NCBI GenBank assembly: GCA_030390025.1
Contig: CM059432.1
Location: 75,890,001 to 75,954,000, forward strand
Length of the DNA: 64,000 bases
Source of the DNA: Squalus acanthias
Taxonomy: Eukaryota
Reading direction: 5' to 3'
The notes below the pieces were generated by a model that was not told the DNA's origin, ran no database searches, and was given only the letters and a program-made list of their open reading frames with translations. Position numbers and translations under genes: made by a program. Position 1 is the stretch's first letter; each line of letters opens with the position of its first letter. Of this stretch, positions 63,484 to 64,000 are shown piece by piece.

Positions 63484-63622
63484 CTTTTGTAAAATTCAAA
63501 GGGAGAGCTAGATTAGAAGTGTTTGTTGTAGTAAGAAGGTCTTCTCCACTGGTAAGGACTGTTAGTTCTTCAAACCCAAGACAAATTCCCAACACTGGGA
63601 AGTGACTCCCTTCATCGTTTAC
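63484..63622 (-). CDS. GGH: GGH-A exon 5 (139 nt; catalytic Cys)
   Basis: ttaacag|...|gtaaga; translates [46 protein letters not shown]. Confidence 0.93.
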
Positions 63623-63714
63623 CTGTTAAGTCAGATAAATAGTAATGGCACCCTCTATCAGAAATAATACTCCTAATTGCTAATGTGTTCAGTTTTTAAT
63701 AGCAGTGTCTTTCC

Positions 63715-64000
63715 AGTTACTTTATTACATTAACAAACTTTCATTTAAGTAGCACCTTTAACATGTCACAAGCTTCTAAAAATAGACATCAAGTATAGAT
63801 GGGGATTTAGGAGAGGTGATCAAAGGCATGATTGAATTAGGAGGTTTTAAAAAGGGATTTAAAAGCAGGGAAAGATGGAGATAGAGTTGTTTAGGGAGGC
63901 AGTGCAAAGAGTAGAGCCAAGACAGCTGAAAGTTCTCCATAATTGATGGAACTGAGAGGGGAAGGATGAATAGAGGCCAAAATTAAAGGAACACAGGACT
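63715..64000 (-). mobile_element. Decayed L2 3' fragment
   Basis: Colinear degraded similarity to 18330-18620. Confidence 0.6.

Larger units (their letters stand above)
47952..63622 (-). other. GGH: GGH paralog A (gamma-glutamyl hydrolase), partial gene span: exons 5-9
   Basis: Five minus-strand exons (63484-63622, 59765-59871, 52396-52489, 48253-48390, 47952-48073) splice in frame with GT-AG ends to a GGH-like C-terminal half containing GxCLG and QWHPE and ending FQQIYLID*. Confidence 0.93.

Noticed and set aside
12518..63622. GGH pair as a haplotype or assembly duplicate
   Set aside because: Exon 5 copies differ at 11 of 46 residues and the flanking introns are unrelated.
1..64000. CRISPR arrays, operons, tRNA or rRNA genes
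   Set aside because: None seen; the A/B-box motifs belong to SINE heads and show no cloverleaf.

Overview
This is eukaryotic, repeat-rich vertebrate DNA; the repeat families suggest a cartilaginous fish (shark/ray), which is an inference. The host-gene content is two tandem, minus-strand gamma-glutamyl hydrolase (GGH) paralogs. 'GGH-A' contributes exons 5-9 (63622->47952) and its 5' exons lie beyond the window. 'GGH-B' contributes exons 1-5 (43374->12518); its exons 6-9 were not found and probably lie before base 1. All ten exons have GT-AG boundaries and consistent phases. GGH-A keeps the Cys/His/Glu catalytic residues but diverges in normally conserved motifs. Introns and the intergenic space hold CR1, L2, RTE and another APE-RT LINE, Deu-type SINEs, two solo-LTR-like segments, Tigger/hAT/Harbinger MITEs, and Penelope-like elements that carry minimal hammerhead ribozymes, one as a ~1 kb fold-back. 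There are five related PIF/Harbinger elements. One retains a decayed HARBI1-type transposase plus an open 3-exon Myb/SANT gene. The other four have lost the whole catalytic domain at apparently the same microhomology junction while keeping Myb sequence. A 500-N gap flanked by GA-rich repeats sits just upstream of GGH-B.
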